Shown here: one piece after another, positions 1 to 8,998 of the stretch
Layout of the letters: each line of letters opens with the position of its first letter
Numbering within the stretch: the stretch's first letter is position 1
From: a virus
Lineage: Duplodnaviria; Caudoviricetes
Direction: 5' to 3' (one strand)
Length of the DNA stretch: 45,366 bases
IMG/VR virus record: IMGVR_UViG_3300029226_000142
Location: 1-45,366 of that record
Translations under genes and position numbers: made by a program
Notes under the pieces: generated by a model
The model's database searches: none
Told to the model about the DNA's origin: nothing
The model's input: only the letters and a program-made list of their open reading frames with translations

Positions 1-1116
1 TCATCGCACTAACATCCGAGTCACACCACCACCAATGCCATACCAAATATACCGGCCATCAAACGTGACGCCTGCACTCCACGAGCCAATTAGTGATTGC
101 GAGCGACTCCACATTAGATTATCCCACACAAGCAACGTTGACGTGGATGATGCGTTACTGTAGAGAGAATAGCCATCAAAAACCATTTCGCCAGCAGAAC
201 TTTCTGATGGCAGCGCAACCAGGATCGCTTTTGTTACCAAATCGATCCGCAACAACAACGAGCGCCCGCGCGCGCATACCCAAACAGACCGCCCATCAAA
301 TATCGGATATGCAGGCGAATCTCCAACGGGCAATCCAAAACTTGAGAGACTATCATCCGCAGGGGCGAGCAAAGACATCGTGTCATTAGCGCTATTAGCT
401 ATCCAAACGTGCGTGCCGTCATAACACATACCCCAAGGCGACGCTCCAGCCGCTAACGCGATCGTTGAGATGACAGTCGCCGTTGCCGGATCAATTTTGG
501 ATATGTTGTCCGTTGTTATATTAGCTACATAAATAAAACCATTAGCATAGACTATCGACTGAGGCGAAGCACCCACAGTGATAGGGCCAGTAATCGTACC
601 ATCAGAAATGGTGATGCGATACACAGGGTCAGGACTACCCGAGTCGTCACACGTCACCCACAAATATGTCCCATCGCTCACCATCGGGCCATTTGGACGG
701 CTAGCGCCAAAATCATAAGTCGCTACGATGGTCATCGTGACCGGGTCTATCTTTGATAGCGACTCGGCAATGAAATTCGTCACCCAAATAAATCCAGCGC
801 CATAATATACACCCTGAACAATACCACCGGGGTCAGTGACAGTATGATTGGCGCGATCCTGCTCATAGGTCAGCCCTAGCGCCATAGCGGCTGCAGGGCT
901 GTTGTGAGCGCGCCCAAACTGCCGCTTCTTCAGCGCCTCTGATATCTGCTTATCATTAGCAGGGTCTAAAGTTTCACCGCCATATTCCTCAACAACCGCC
1001 ACCATCTCACGCTGTAGGGTATTCATATAATCCGAGCGCAAATCGGTTGATGCTGGCGCTTCCTTAAACTCACCATTGCCATCAGCCGTGCCGGTATCAT
1101 CGCCTATTTTATGCAT
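1..1116 (-). CDS. Tail fibre / receptor-binding protein: Mu gp49-like N-terminal anchor plus YVTN/NHL-like beta-propeller
   Basis: Follows the gp48-like gene. N-terminus MHKI..F..P..T.L...MN.LQRE..LDP resembles fibre anchors. C-terminus has ~40-aa repeats (FDGxxxWV, SKIDP.T). Confidence 0.7.
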   Translation of the reverse strand: MHKIGDDTGTADGNGEFKEAPASTDLRSDYMNTLQREMVAVVEEYGGETLDPANDKQISEALKKRQFGRAHNSPAAAMALGLTYEQDRANHTVTDPGGIVQGVYYGAGFIWVTNFIAESLSKIDPVTMTIVATYDFGASRPNGPMVSDGTYLWVTCDDSGSPDPVYRITISDGTITGPITVGASPQSIVYANGFIYVANITTDNISKIDPATATVISTIALAAGASPWGMCYDGTHVWIANSANDTMSLLAPADDSLSSFGLPVGDSPAYPIFDGRSVWVCARGRSLLLRIDLVTKAILVALPSESSAGEMVFDGYSLYSNASSTSTLLVWDNLMWSRSQSLIGSWSAGVTFDGRYIWYGIGGGVTRMLVR

Positions 1117-1714
1117 TTAATTGCACCTCGTAATCGTATGTAATTGAGTAATCTGCTGCCGCGCCGTAAGTGAAAGTAGGCACTGCGTGGGCCTGGTTAA
1201 GTTTTGTCATAAAAATACATTCGAGTGTTTTTTCAGTGCCGTAGGTGCGCAGTGGCTCACCTACTTGGTGACCGGGGCCGACGCCAACGCTCAAGCGCTG
1301 CACCTCTACGCCTGGTACAACGATTTCATAGTGATGTGGCGTGACACCATCCACGATAGAGATATCAAACCCCATGCGCGATGCAACGCTAATTAGGTAA
1401 GGGATGTTGTGGCCACCGATGCCCAGGTAATTACCCGTAACAATCGCGCGGCGCTCTTCAATCGAGGGATCAACATCATTGCTACATCGATCTTGTACCG
1501 CTAGGTTACGCTCCCAGTCTGGTAGCAATTCAGTGGTGGTGCGCGGGTCTGACTCTTCCAGCAGATCGAGCGCACGCTGATGTAGCCGTGCAAACTCATC
1601 ACCCACGGCGTGCATCAGTGCAGCCATTACTGATGTAACACTGCGCGTCCACGCAAGGCCACGCGGTAGCAGGTTTAATAACTGGTCACGATAATCGATT
1701 GCACTCATAGCCAT
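1109..1714 (-). CDS. Baseplate wedge protein, Mu gp48-like (DUF2313/YmfQ)
   Basis: Motifs LLPRGLAW and E.DPRTTTELLPDWER; follows baseplate J. Confidence 0.88.
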   Translation of the reverse strand: MAMSAIDYRDQLLNLLPRGLAWTRSVTSVMAALMHAVGDEFARLHQRALDLLEESDPRTTTELLPDWERNLAVQDRCSNDVDPSIEERRAIVTGNYLGIGGHNIPYLISVASRMGFDISIVDGVTPHHYEIVVPGVEVQRLSVGVGPGHQVGEPLRTYGTEKTLECIFMTKLNQAHAVPTFTYGAAADYSITYDYEVQLNA

Positions 1715-2748
1715 GTAATTACACCCACAACCGGTATTTCACTGGGCAAGCTTGTGACGTCTGCTACCAGGCCAGTAATGGCATGATCCTCTTCGCCCTC
1801 CGATATCGATATCGCCTCATTTATTTGCGATAGATAGATGCCGCCACCCGGCTTCCCTCTACGACGAAATAGATCGTTAATTTCAGCCTCAGCATCGGCC
1901 CGAATCTGCGCGGTGTCGGGCGTAACCGAGATCGTCATATTGATTGGTTTTGGTGTTGGTGCGGCAGCCGTGGCAATACCCGTTACAGGGCGCTTTATAT
2001 CAAGATAGGCTTGCAGCGTAGCAACATCGCCTGGCAACGGAATGCCGTCGCCATAAGTGTTGTCCATCATAAACCTCACCACCAATGTCCCATCGCCATT
2101 CTCTAGCGGGTATACCCACGCGCGGGTTATCCCCGCAACTTCGCTACCCCATATAAGATAGTCGTTTGAGTTACCACCCTGCGTTGGCTGTTTCCAGCGG
2201 GCAAGGACTGGCACGCGATAGTCATCGATTGACTGCTGATCAGCGCCGCCCGTTAACCCGGCAACATCGACAATCGCAGTACTATTAATATTTGCGATTG
2301 GCTGGGTAAGTGTTAACGGCACACCGGGCAACATGACGCCACCCACACCAGCATCAAGAGCGGTAACCGATACAGTGGCAGTACTAGCCGCAATCGTTAC
2401 CAGGGCATCGGTAACAAACACGACGCTTTCGGTACTCTGCAACCTTGTTCCTGCCGGTACATTAAAACCGTCCGTACCCGTAAAGACAACATCACCTTGC
2501 GATTTTGTTGCCGGTGTGCGCGGTATATCGCGCAGATCACCATGCCGCAGTAGCCATCCCTCATCTGCCGTGTCGGGCAAAATCTGGCGGCTTATCCAGA
2601 CTAAAAAACCATATTGCAAATGAAAAGCACCGGCCAATACATAAGCGAAGACAAGCTGCAGCGAATCGGCCATGCCCGGCAATCTGGCGTTAATATCCGC
2701 TTGTATACGGACTCTTAATACATCAAACGACGGCCTACTGAACGACAT
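1705..2748 (-). CDS. Baseplate J-like protein (Mu gp47)
   Basis: Motifs F.RPS, QILPDTAD, GG.D.E, GGN..DY..W...V.G..RAWVYP. Confidence 0.93.
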   Translation of the reverse strand: MSFSRPSFDVLRVRIQADINARLPGMADSLQLVFAYVLAGAFHLQYGFLVWISRQILPDTADEGWLLRHGDLRDIPRTPATKSQGDVVFTGTDGFNVPAGTRLQSTESVVFVTDALVTIAASTATVSVTALDAGVGGVMLPGVPLTLTQPIANINSTAIVDVAGLTGGADQQSIDDYRVPVLARWKQPTQGGNSNDYLIWGSEVAGITRAWVYPLENGDGTLVVRFMMDNTYGDGIPLPGDVATLQAYLDIKRPVTGIATAAAPTPKPINMTISVTPDTAQIRADAEAEINDLFRRRGKPGGGIYLSQINEAISISEGEEDHAITGLVADVTSLPSEIPVVGVITWL

Positions 2749-3151
2749 TTACTTGATCACTCCACATATCTTTAAATCTAATCGACAGGGTGTCGCCGTC
2801 CGGTTTAACCACCTCAATCTCCAGCAACATAACACCAGCATTCAACCACCGCGCTTTTGTATTAATCTCGCGAGCAAGGCCGATCTCAACTAAACGTTGC
2901 AGCGCTTCGGCGCTGTAACTCTCTGCACGATCAAGCGTCTCCTTTGTTGCCAGGGCGCGCTTTAATAACCAGAGCTTAGAGCCGATAGGCTCACCCCACC
3001 AGCCGCGTTTGTCATTATCACCCTCGGGCAGCTCATCATCAGTCACGCGGGCATCAGTAAACAGACTAATGATTATTTCAGTTTCTAAAGCAGAGCCATC
3101 GAACGATAGATCAAAGGTGCCGTGGTCGTCTTGTGTTAATGAGAAGGTCAT
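2735..3151 (-). CDS. Baseplate protein, Mu gp46-like
   Basis: Motifs IISLFTDAR, RGWWG, GSKLWLL.R. Confidence 0.92.
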   Translation of the reverse strand: MTFSLTQDDHGTFDLSFDGSALETEIIISLFTDARVTDDELPEGDNDKRGWWGEPIGSKLWLLKRALATKETLDRAESYSAEALQRLVEIGLAREINTKARWLNAGVMLLEIEVVKPDGDTLSIRFKDMWSDQVNVVQ

Positions 3152-3153
3152 CG

Positions 3154-3699
3154 TTACACCATCTGCGCAGGCGTTGCCTGCGTGGTTGATCCTGTTTCAG
3201 GATGGGTATGCGGGTTATAAACATCACGCATACCCTGCATCTTGCCGGTGCCGTCACTCACATCGCCATCGGCTGCAATATCGCCGGTGGCTTTGATGTT
3301 GCCGTTAAAGGTTGAATCAGCAGCGTTCACGGTAAGTGCTAACGGTGTATCGATTGTCACCCCCGCCTCGTGTAGCGTTATTTTTTGGCCGCGATTATCG
3401 TAGATCACCACATCACCGTTAGCCTTGCCTTTAATCGCATAGCGACGGTCGAAGGCAAAGATAGCGGCACTAAACCCGCCAAAAGAAATAACCAGGCATT
3501 CACCGCCCACCAGTGGAGTGCTTGAAAACCCATAGGCTTCAAGGTACGGCACATCATCATCAGGCAGGCCTGCTTTTGTTTTAATCTGTAGTCGCGTGAT
3601 GCTGCGGCTAGTATCCACGCCGGTAATTTCAGCGCGGTTTATCATGTTGGCCATCCGTCGGCGACCACGTGCAAACAGACGTTCATAGGCGCGACTCAT
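3154..3699 (-). CDS. Baseplate central spike, Mu gp45-like
   Basis: Motifs YGFSS.P..G and G.V.IYD..GQ; C-terminal metal-binding H-x-H (YNPHTHPE). Confidence 0.9.
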   Translation of the reverse strand: MSRAYERLFARGRRRMANMINRAEITGVDTSRSITRLQIKTKAGLPDDDVPYLEAYGFSSTPLVGGECLVISFGGFSAAIFAFDRRYAIKGKANGDVVIYDNRGQKITLHEAGVTIDTPLALTVNAADSTFNGNIKATGDIAADGDVSDGTGKMQGMRDVYNPHTHPETGSTTQATPAQMV

Positions 3700-4757
3700 G
3701 ATGCAGCCACAGGGAAAACAAACGCGTTGTCATCCACCGCCCGTGGTAGCGGCACAATATCCAGTGCCTCTTTTGGCATCACTGTAATCGCGGTGGTGCT
3801 TTTTTTGCTGTGCGAGAACTCAACGTCCACAATCAAGCGCTCACCTTTAATACGTGAGCGTGGGTCATCTACATAGACCAGGGTATTCGGTTGCCACAAA
3901 CCCTCTTTATGGCGAAAGCCGCTTACCATATAAGTGACCGATTGGCTCTCGCCATAACGCGCATTGCGCTCGCGCTCGCCATAACGTGTCACATCTTCCA
4001 GCGCCACCGCATCATCGGGGTCAAGCACCTTGGTGCGCGCCTGCCGCACCATGCCCGCATCAATGACCTCAGCATTCACCTGTATGGCATTTTCTGGGTC
4101 GTCGGATTTCCACGGCTGATCACTCTGGCCAATCACAATGTATTTATAAAATCGATCACGCACGTTATTGGTTGCGTTTGCGCTGAGGATGTTTTTACCC
4201 AACACCAACGCGGTGGGTGCCGTCTCTGACCCGGCGCGGGTGATTAATAGATTGCCTTCCGGAGTGTCGGTGAGTATCACACCACGCTCATCTGCCAGGC
4301 GCTTTAAAAACTCCATGTAGGTTTCGCCTGGATCAACCTTAGCCTTTGGGAATTTCGCATCGATATCGGTTAAACCGGGCGCAACAACCACTTTTAAGCC
4401 GAACAAGCCACACACCACCGTTGCCAACTGTACAAACGATTGCTCCATCCACGGCGCGTGAATACCCGAGCAGTCCAGCAGGTCACGCAGATGGCTGCGG
4501 CCCTTAATGGTCACGCGGTGGCTTACCATATTATAAGCGCGCTCAAAAACATCAATGCGCCCACTCATCACCCGCTCATTATCCACCAGCAAATCAAAGA
4601 CGTCATCGGTATCAATTAACCACCTAACACCGCCATCAATCGCCTCTGTCAGAGAAACCTCAAAGCTATCCGCTATCATCTGCACGCTGCGGCGCACTTT
4701 ATAGGTTTTCCAGCCTCGGTACAGCTTGCCATTAATCTTAAGTGCGACATCAGGCAT
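3696..4757 (-). CDS. Baseplate hub, Mu gp44 (P)-like
   Basis: Motifs L.ING..Y.GW, GRS...DL.DCS, PGET, LVLGKNIL, LWQPN. Confidence 0.92.
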   Translation of the reverse strand: MPDVALKINGKLYRGWKTYKVRRSVQMIADSFEVSLTEAIDGGVRWLIDTDDVFDLLVDNERVMSGRIDVFERAYNMVSHRVTIKGRSHLRDLLDCSGIHAPWMEQSFVQLATVVCGLFGLKVVVAPGLTDIDAKFPKAKVDPGETYMEFLKRLADERGVILTDTPEGNLLITRAGSETAPTALVLGKNILSANATNNVRDRFYKYIVIGQSDQPWKSDDPENAIQVNAEVIDAGMVRQARTKVLDPDDAVALEDVTRYGERERNARYGESQSVTYMVSGFRHKEGLWQPNTLVYVDDPRSRIKGERLIVDVEFSHSKKSTTAITVMPKEALDIVPLPRAVDDNAFVFPVAAS

Positions 4758-5937
4758 CGGTTAAAACCTCCAATGCCTCACCACCGGGCACAAAACCAGG
4801 GTGCGCAATACGGTTACGCGCAATCAGCTCATCCGCGCGCGCCGCATCCCCATAGATATTATAAGCAAGCACCAGCGCGGGTAACGTGGCGGCCGGTGTG
4901 TGGCTGGTGAGTTTAGGTAGCTGCGCACCGCGCTCACGCAGATCAACCATCACAGCGGCACGCAGGTCACTCATTGCACCGTAAACCGCATCATTAATCG
5001 GTGCGCCATCCACCACGCTCTCACCAGATGTGTGGGCATCGATTGCGGCGGCCAGATCATCGGCATCACGCAGCGCATCGTTGGAGGTTGCATACTGCCT
5101 GTCGGCCGTGATGTTAGCGGCCTCGGCAATGGCAGCCCGCTGCACCAGGTGCTGCAACGCCTCAATGTTGGCCGCTGTCCTACGCTGGCTAGCCGTCACA
5201 GTGGGGTAAGTGGTATTTGAACCCGCATTAAACAGCGCTTTATAAATACCGAACGCACGCCCGGGGCCAGTGATTGTTGTGCGGATGCGGTTAATCCCGC
5301 CCAAAACAGCCCCTGCCATCTCAGCCGGGGCGCGGATCATGTCCGATATCGGCCCGGTCACATCACCGATCGCATCGTCCACCGCCGCCATCGTCGCCGC
5401 TACCTCATCAACCACATTCTGCACTGCGTCTGCGGCCTGCCCCAGCACATCAAACTGTTCACTGAATTCTGCCTTTGATTCCGCAATGGTTTTTTCAGCG
5501 GCCTTTTTTGTCGCCTCTGCTGTCAAGACCGTCACAGATGGGAAAACAAGTTCCCCGCCCACCACCCACGTCAATGTAAAGCGCGCCATGCCAGACTTAA
5601 CACTGCTGTAAGTCACCTCCACCTCAAAGGCAGAGGCCTGCATCTGGCCAAAGAAGGGGTGTTGTAGCAGGCCAGGGCCTGGTTTTTCAAATGCCTCCAT
5701 CAGCGCGTTGCGGTCAATGTCGTAATTGTCACCCGCCACAAATAGCTGGTCTTTAAACTTGCGCGTTTTGCGGCCACTGTCTTCTACCCACGGAATATCG
5801 CTCAGGGGGTATTCGTGCAGTTCATTTTTACGCCCAAGCTGGGCGATGCCTGAGCGCACTAAAAACACCGCGCCACGGAAGTCACCGGCAAAGGCACTCT
5901 CGCCATCAAGGGTAGTCAGTCGCTCTCGCCAGCTCAT
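4750..5937 (-). CDS. DNA circulation / tube-initiator protein, Mu gp43 (N)-like
   Basis: Motifs MSWRERL, FRGA.F, HEYP..D.PWVED.G, PGPG.L.HP; C-terminal YGDA.RADEL..RN.I.HPGFVP. Confidence 0.92.
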   Translation of the reverse strand: MSWRERLTTLDGESAFAGDFRGAVFLVRSGIAQLGRKNELHEYPLSDIPWVEDSGRKTRKFKDQLFVAGDNYDIDRNALMEAFEKPGPGLLQHPFFGQMQASAFEVEVTYSSVKSGMARFTLTWVVGGELVFPSVTVLTAEATKKAAEKTIAESKAEFSEQFDVLGQAADAVQNVVDEVAATMAAVDDAIGDVTGPISDMIRAPAEMAGAVLGGINRIRTTITGPGRAFGIYKALFNAGSNTTYPTVTASQRRTAANIEALQHLVQRAAIAEAANITADRQYATSNDALRDADDLAAAIDAHTSGESVVDGAPINDAVYGAMSDLRAAVMVDLRERGAQLPKLTSHTPAATLPALVLAYNIYGDAARADELIARNRIAHPGFVPGGEALEVLTDA

Positions 5938-5981
5938 AGTGATATCCTGTACTGACGATATAAAGAACAGAAGGTGAAACG

Positions 5982-6404
5982 ATGAAATTTATGATACTGA
6001 TATTGGCTGTTTTTGTGGGTAGCGTGAGCGCAGAAGAGAAGCGAGATCATTACTATGCGGTTAATGATGGCTACAAATACGCGTACGAGCTGCGAAATAG
6101 CAGTGAAATGATTGTTATCTACTACCTTGGTGAAAAAGATAATACCCACCAAATAATGGTACGCGACGGGGATGACCGCACATTTTATGAAAGCAAAGAA
6201 GGCTCGAAGTTCGCAAATGTGTACGAGTACTGGATCAGAGATTTTACTGGCAGCTCTATGATCAAACTCGCACCGAATACAATTGCAACGCAGGCATTTC
6301 TTGATGCCTGGAATGGACGCCTTAAGCAAATGGTCACAGACAATACCACCACATGGATCGATGGTGAGAATGGGCCAAAATTTACTAAACTGACCAATCA
6401 TTAA
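5982..6404 (+). CDS. Secreted moron protein, unknown function, antisense to the tail operon
   Basis: SD GAAGGTG; signal peptide MKFMILILAVFVGSVSA; stop overlaps the tape-measure stop (TTAA). Confidence 0.75.
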   Translation: MKFMILILAVFVGSVSAEEKRDHYYAVNDGYKYAYELRNSSEMIVIYYLGEKDNTHQIMVRDGDDRTFYESKEGSKFANVYEYWIRDFTGSSMIKLAPNTIATQAFLDAWNGRLKQMVTDNTTTWIDGENGPKFTKLTNH

Positions 6405-8173
6405 TTGACTACCACTTTATTGCTAACCAGAAGCTCTAACGCCTCACCTTCAGAAGTCATTTTTGCATTAACCGCGCCGTCGGGATTGATATCAACCTGC
6501 ACGCGTGCTTTAGCCTCACCCATCTTATCTGCTGCCGCGTCCATCTTGTTGGCGGCCAGCCCTAATTTTTCTAACAGGCCATTCCAGTCTGCAATCGCCT
6601 GATGCTCAATCGCCCGATCCTTTATTCGGTTCTCATAGAAAGAGCCAACCATTTCATTCACCACGGCCGCCGCGCCTAAATACCCGGCACCACGCGCCAC
6701 GCTCTCCTTAGTTAAAAACGATTGATGCGTTAATTCATTCGGCAGGTTAAAGGCGCGTTTAAGCCCTTTGCCATTGCGCCCGCCCGCGCGGTTACGCTTG
6801 CCATCGTTACCGCCAAACCCCATGCCTGCACCCGGCATGTTCACCACATAAACGGGCGTTACACCTGCGGCTTCTTCTAATGCCTTACCCGTGGCCACGC
6901 CACCGGCAATGCCCAAAAATCGGCCGCCTAGTTTTTTTAGTGCAGGGCCGCCATACTTCGCCCCCAACACAGCAGCGGTTACCGCAGCGGCACCGCCGCC
7001 GATGATCTGGTTGCCGCTTAAACCGAGGCCGTCCTCTTTGTTTAACAAAAACTTAATCACGCCGCTCACCGCTGCATTCACCGGCTGCGCAAAACCATCG
7101 GCCGCATCACGCAGCACCGCCTTTAATCTGCCGGTCTGGTCTACCGCATTGTTAATGGCATCCGGCAGGTCTCGCGCAATGGTGCCAGAGGCATCTTCAA
7201 TGATCGCAATCTTGGCATCGGCATTGTCTAATGCGTCGCCGGTAAACAGCAGCCCCAGCCCTTTTTTAGTGTCCAGATCGGCCTTACCAAAAGCCGCTTC
7301 AATAAGCGACGCACGCTGGCGGTCGGTTCCCAGGCTCTGGTAAAGATCCCGGATATCCTTTAGCACATCAAAGGCGGGGCGCGAGGAGTCATCTGCATTG
7401 TAGAACTCAACCCCTAATGTTCTTTGCGCGGTGCGCTTATAGGTCTCATTGGTAAACAGGCGCAGCGTGCTCTCTGCCAACGTCGCCAACCGCTGCGGGT
7501 TACGCTCAATCATTGAGAGTTCTTCAATGAAGCCAAGCGTCTCGGTGAACTCAAGATTAGCCCGTTTGGCATTGGGGCCCACACGGGCAAAAATACCCGA
7601 GAGGTCTTCCAACTCCGCGTTGCCTAAACGACCCGCCACCACCATTTTATCCAGCAGCTCTACCGCAAGGCCTGGTTGCGAGAGATCAAAATCAAACGCG
7701 GCCGCCGCCACCGTTAAACCGCCAGACAACACCAGCGGGCTGGCCCCCGTTACTGCGGATGCGGGGTTAATGGCGCTAATGGTGGCAGACGCCTGCCCCC
7801 ATTTCAGCCCGGCCTGAATCAAGTCATCAAAGCCACCCTTTAAACCATTTAAGCCCTGGCCGGTATCGCGCGTCATCTCAAAAAACGCACGCCGCATCGC
7901 TTTTACTTTTTGAGTGTTTTCACCGGCGGTCTGGCCGATTCGGATAAGTGATTTATCCAGTCTGGCAGACTGCACCAACACCGCCGTGCCACCCAGCGTC
8001 ACGCCCACGCCCGCCAGCTTGCCATTAATGCCAGCGAACATCCCGCGCAGTTCACGCAGCTCCTTTTTTGCCTTGTGGGTAAAGTCAGTCACGGAATTGC
8101 CAGACGTCTTGATGCCTCGGTTAAATTGCCGCGCCTCCAGTATCAGTCTTGTTGCAACCGTTAGTTCTTGCAT
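6401..8173 (-). CDS. Tail tape measure protein (TP901-type core)
   Basis: 590-aa Ala/Gly-rich helical ORF between the chaperone and gp43. Confidence 0.9.
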   Translation of the reverse strand: MQELTVATRLILEARQFNRGIKTSGNSVTDFTHKAKKELRELRGMFAGINGKLAGVGVTLGGTAVLVQSARLDKSLIRIGQTAGENTQKVKAMRRAFFEMTRDTGQGLNGLKGGFDDLIQAGLKWGQASATISAINPASAVTGASPLVLSGGLTVAAAAFDFDLSQPGLAVELLDKMVVAGRLGNAELEDLSGIFARVGPNAKRANLEFTETLGFIEELSMIERNPQRLATLAESTLRLFTNETYKRTAQRTLGVEFYNADDSSRPAFDVLKDIRDLYQSLGTDRQRASLIEAAFGKADLDTKKGLGLLFTGDALDNADAKIAIIEDASGTIARDLPDAINNAVDQTGRLKAVLRDAADGFAQPVNAAVSGVIKFLLNKEDGLGLSGNQIIGGGAAAVTAAVLGAKYGGPALKKLGGRFLGIAGGVATGKALEEAAGVTPVYVVNMPGAGMGFGGNDGKRNRAGGRNGKGLKRAFNLPNELTHQSFLTKESVARGAGYLGAAAVVNEMVGSFYENRIKDRAIEHQAIADWNGLLEKLGLAANKMDAAADKMGEAKARVQVDINPDGAVNAKMTSEGEALELLVSNKVVVN

Positions 8174-8316
8174 TATTTTTTCGTCAACATATTCAAGTAG
8201 TGGTTAAACTCATCTGCTGGCAAATCAAGGATGGCCGCCTTAGACCAGCCCGTTTTCATTGCCAATAACAGCACCATGTCCCATAACGGCACATGTGCCG
8301 CGCGCCTTACTTTCCC
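8173..8316 (-). CDS. -1 frameshift extension of the tail assembly chaperone (gpGT/gpE'-like)
   Basis: GGGAAAG at 8316-8310 opens the -1 frame GKVRRAAHVPLWDMVLLLAMKTGWSKAAILDLPADEFNHYLNMLTKK*; its stop overlaps the tape-measure ATG (TAATG). Confidence 0.8.
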   Translation of the reverse strand, partial: GKVRRAAHVPLWDMVLLLAMKTGWSKAAILDLPADEFNHYLNMLTKK

Positions 8317-8600
8317 AGCTTGTCTAGTTCGCCCTGTGCCTGGCGTAACTTGTCATAATCGACCGGGGCCAGGTCACCAATCTGGCTAAACAAAAATGGC
8401 CCTTCAACATCACCCACTCGGGTTAGCTGTGCCGCCATCATCGCGCCATTAAAACTTAACACGTCACCCACAGAGGTCTCCTGCTCAACCTTAAACAGCT
8501 CAGACATGGTGGCCACGGCTCGCATTTCAAAGTTCCTATGCACCGTGTTACCAATCTTCATCCCCTTTACAAACCTACCTTTAATCGTGCTCTCGCTCAT
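8307..8600 (-). CDS. Tail assembly chaperone, Mu gp41-like
   Basis: Lies between tube and tape measure; ends in a slippery GGGAAAG. Confidence 0.85.
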   Translation of the reverse strand: MSESTIKGRFVKGMKIGNTVHRNFEMRAVATMSELFKVEQETSVGDVLSFNGAMMAAQLTRVGDVEGPFLFSQIGDLAPVDYDKLRQAQGELDKLGK

Positions 8601-8638
8601 GATCTTTCCTTTTATTGATTAATAACTAATAAACCCAG

Positions 8639-8986
8639 CTACATCTCTTCAGCGATGCCTGCAATCCGCCACGGAGACTTACCCGAGGCATCAAACTTCA
8701 CCGTGCCAATGGTCGAGGCATCGCGCAACATGTAGCGCTGGCCGGTATCCATTTCAATCTTCACCACCGCACCGCGCATGCTATTCACTAGCGTTAAATC
8801 GGTATCCTTGGTAATCAGGTAATTGGTTTCCAGTACCCCAGGTGCCTCGGTGCTTTCATGGTAAAGCTTGCCGCCAATCGCCTCCGGCTCTCCGGCCACA
8901 TCACCGCCGGGGTCAAACGTCCCTTTCTGGTCCGTCTCATGCAACTTGCCATCGGCCTTAACAATTATCTTGCTCACATAACTCAT
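8639..8986 (-). CDS. Tail tube protein, Mu gpM-like
   Basis: 115 aa directly after the sheath; motif E.DTGQ.Y.L.DA. Confidence 0.85.
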   Translation of the reverse strand: MSYVSKIIVKADGKLHETDQKGTFDPGGDVAGEPEAIGGKLYHESTEAPGVLETNYLITKDTDLTLVNSMRGAVVKIEMDTGQRYMLRDASTIGTVKFDASGKSPWRIAGIAEEM

Positions 8987-8998
8987 GCGCTTGCTCCC

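Noticed and set aside
1-1116. Diversity-generating retroelement target or invertible fibre segment
   Set aside because: No RT, template repeat or invertase in the window; the region to the left is not visible
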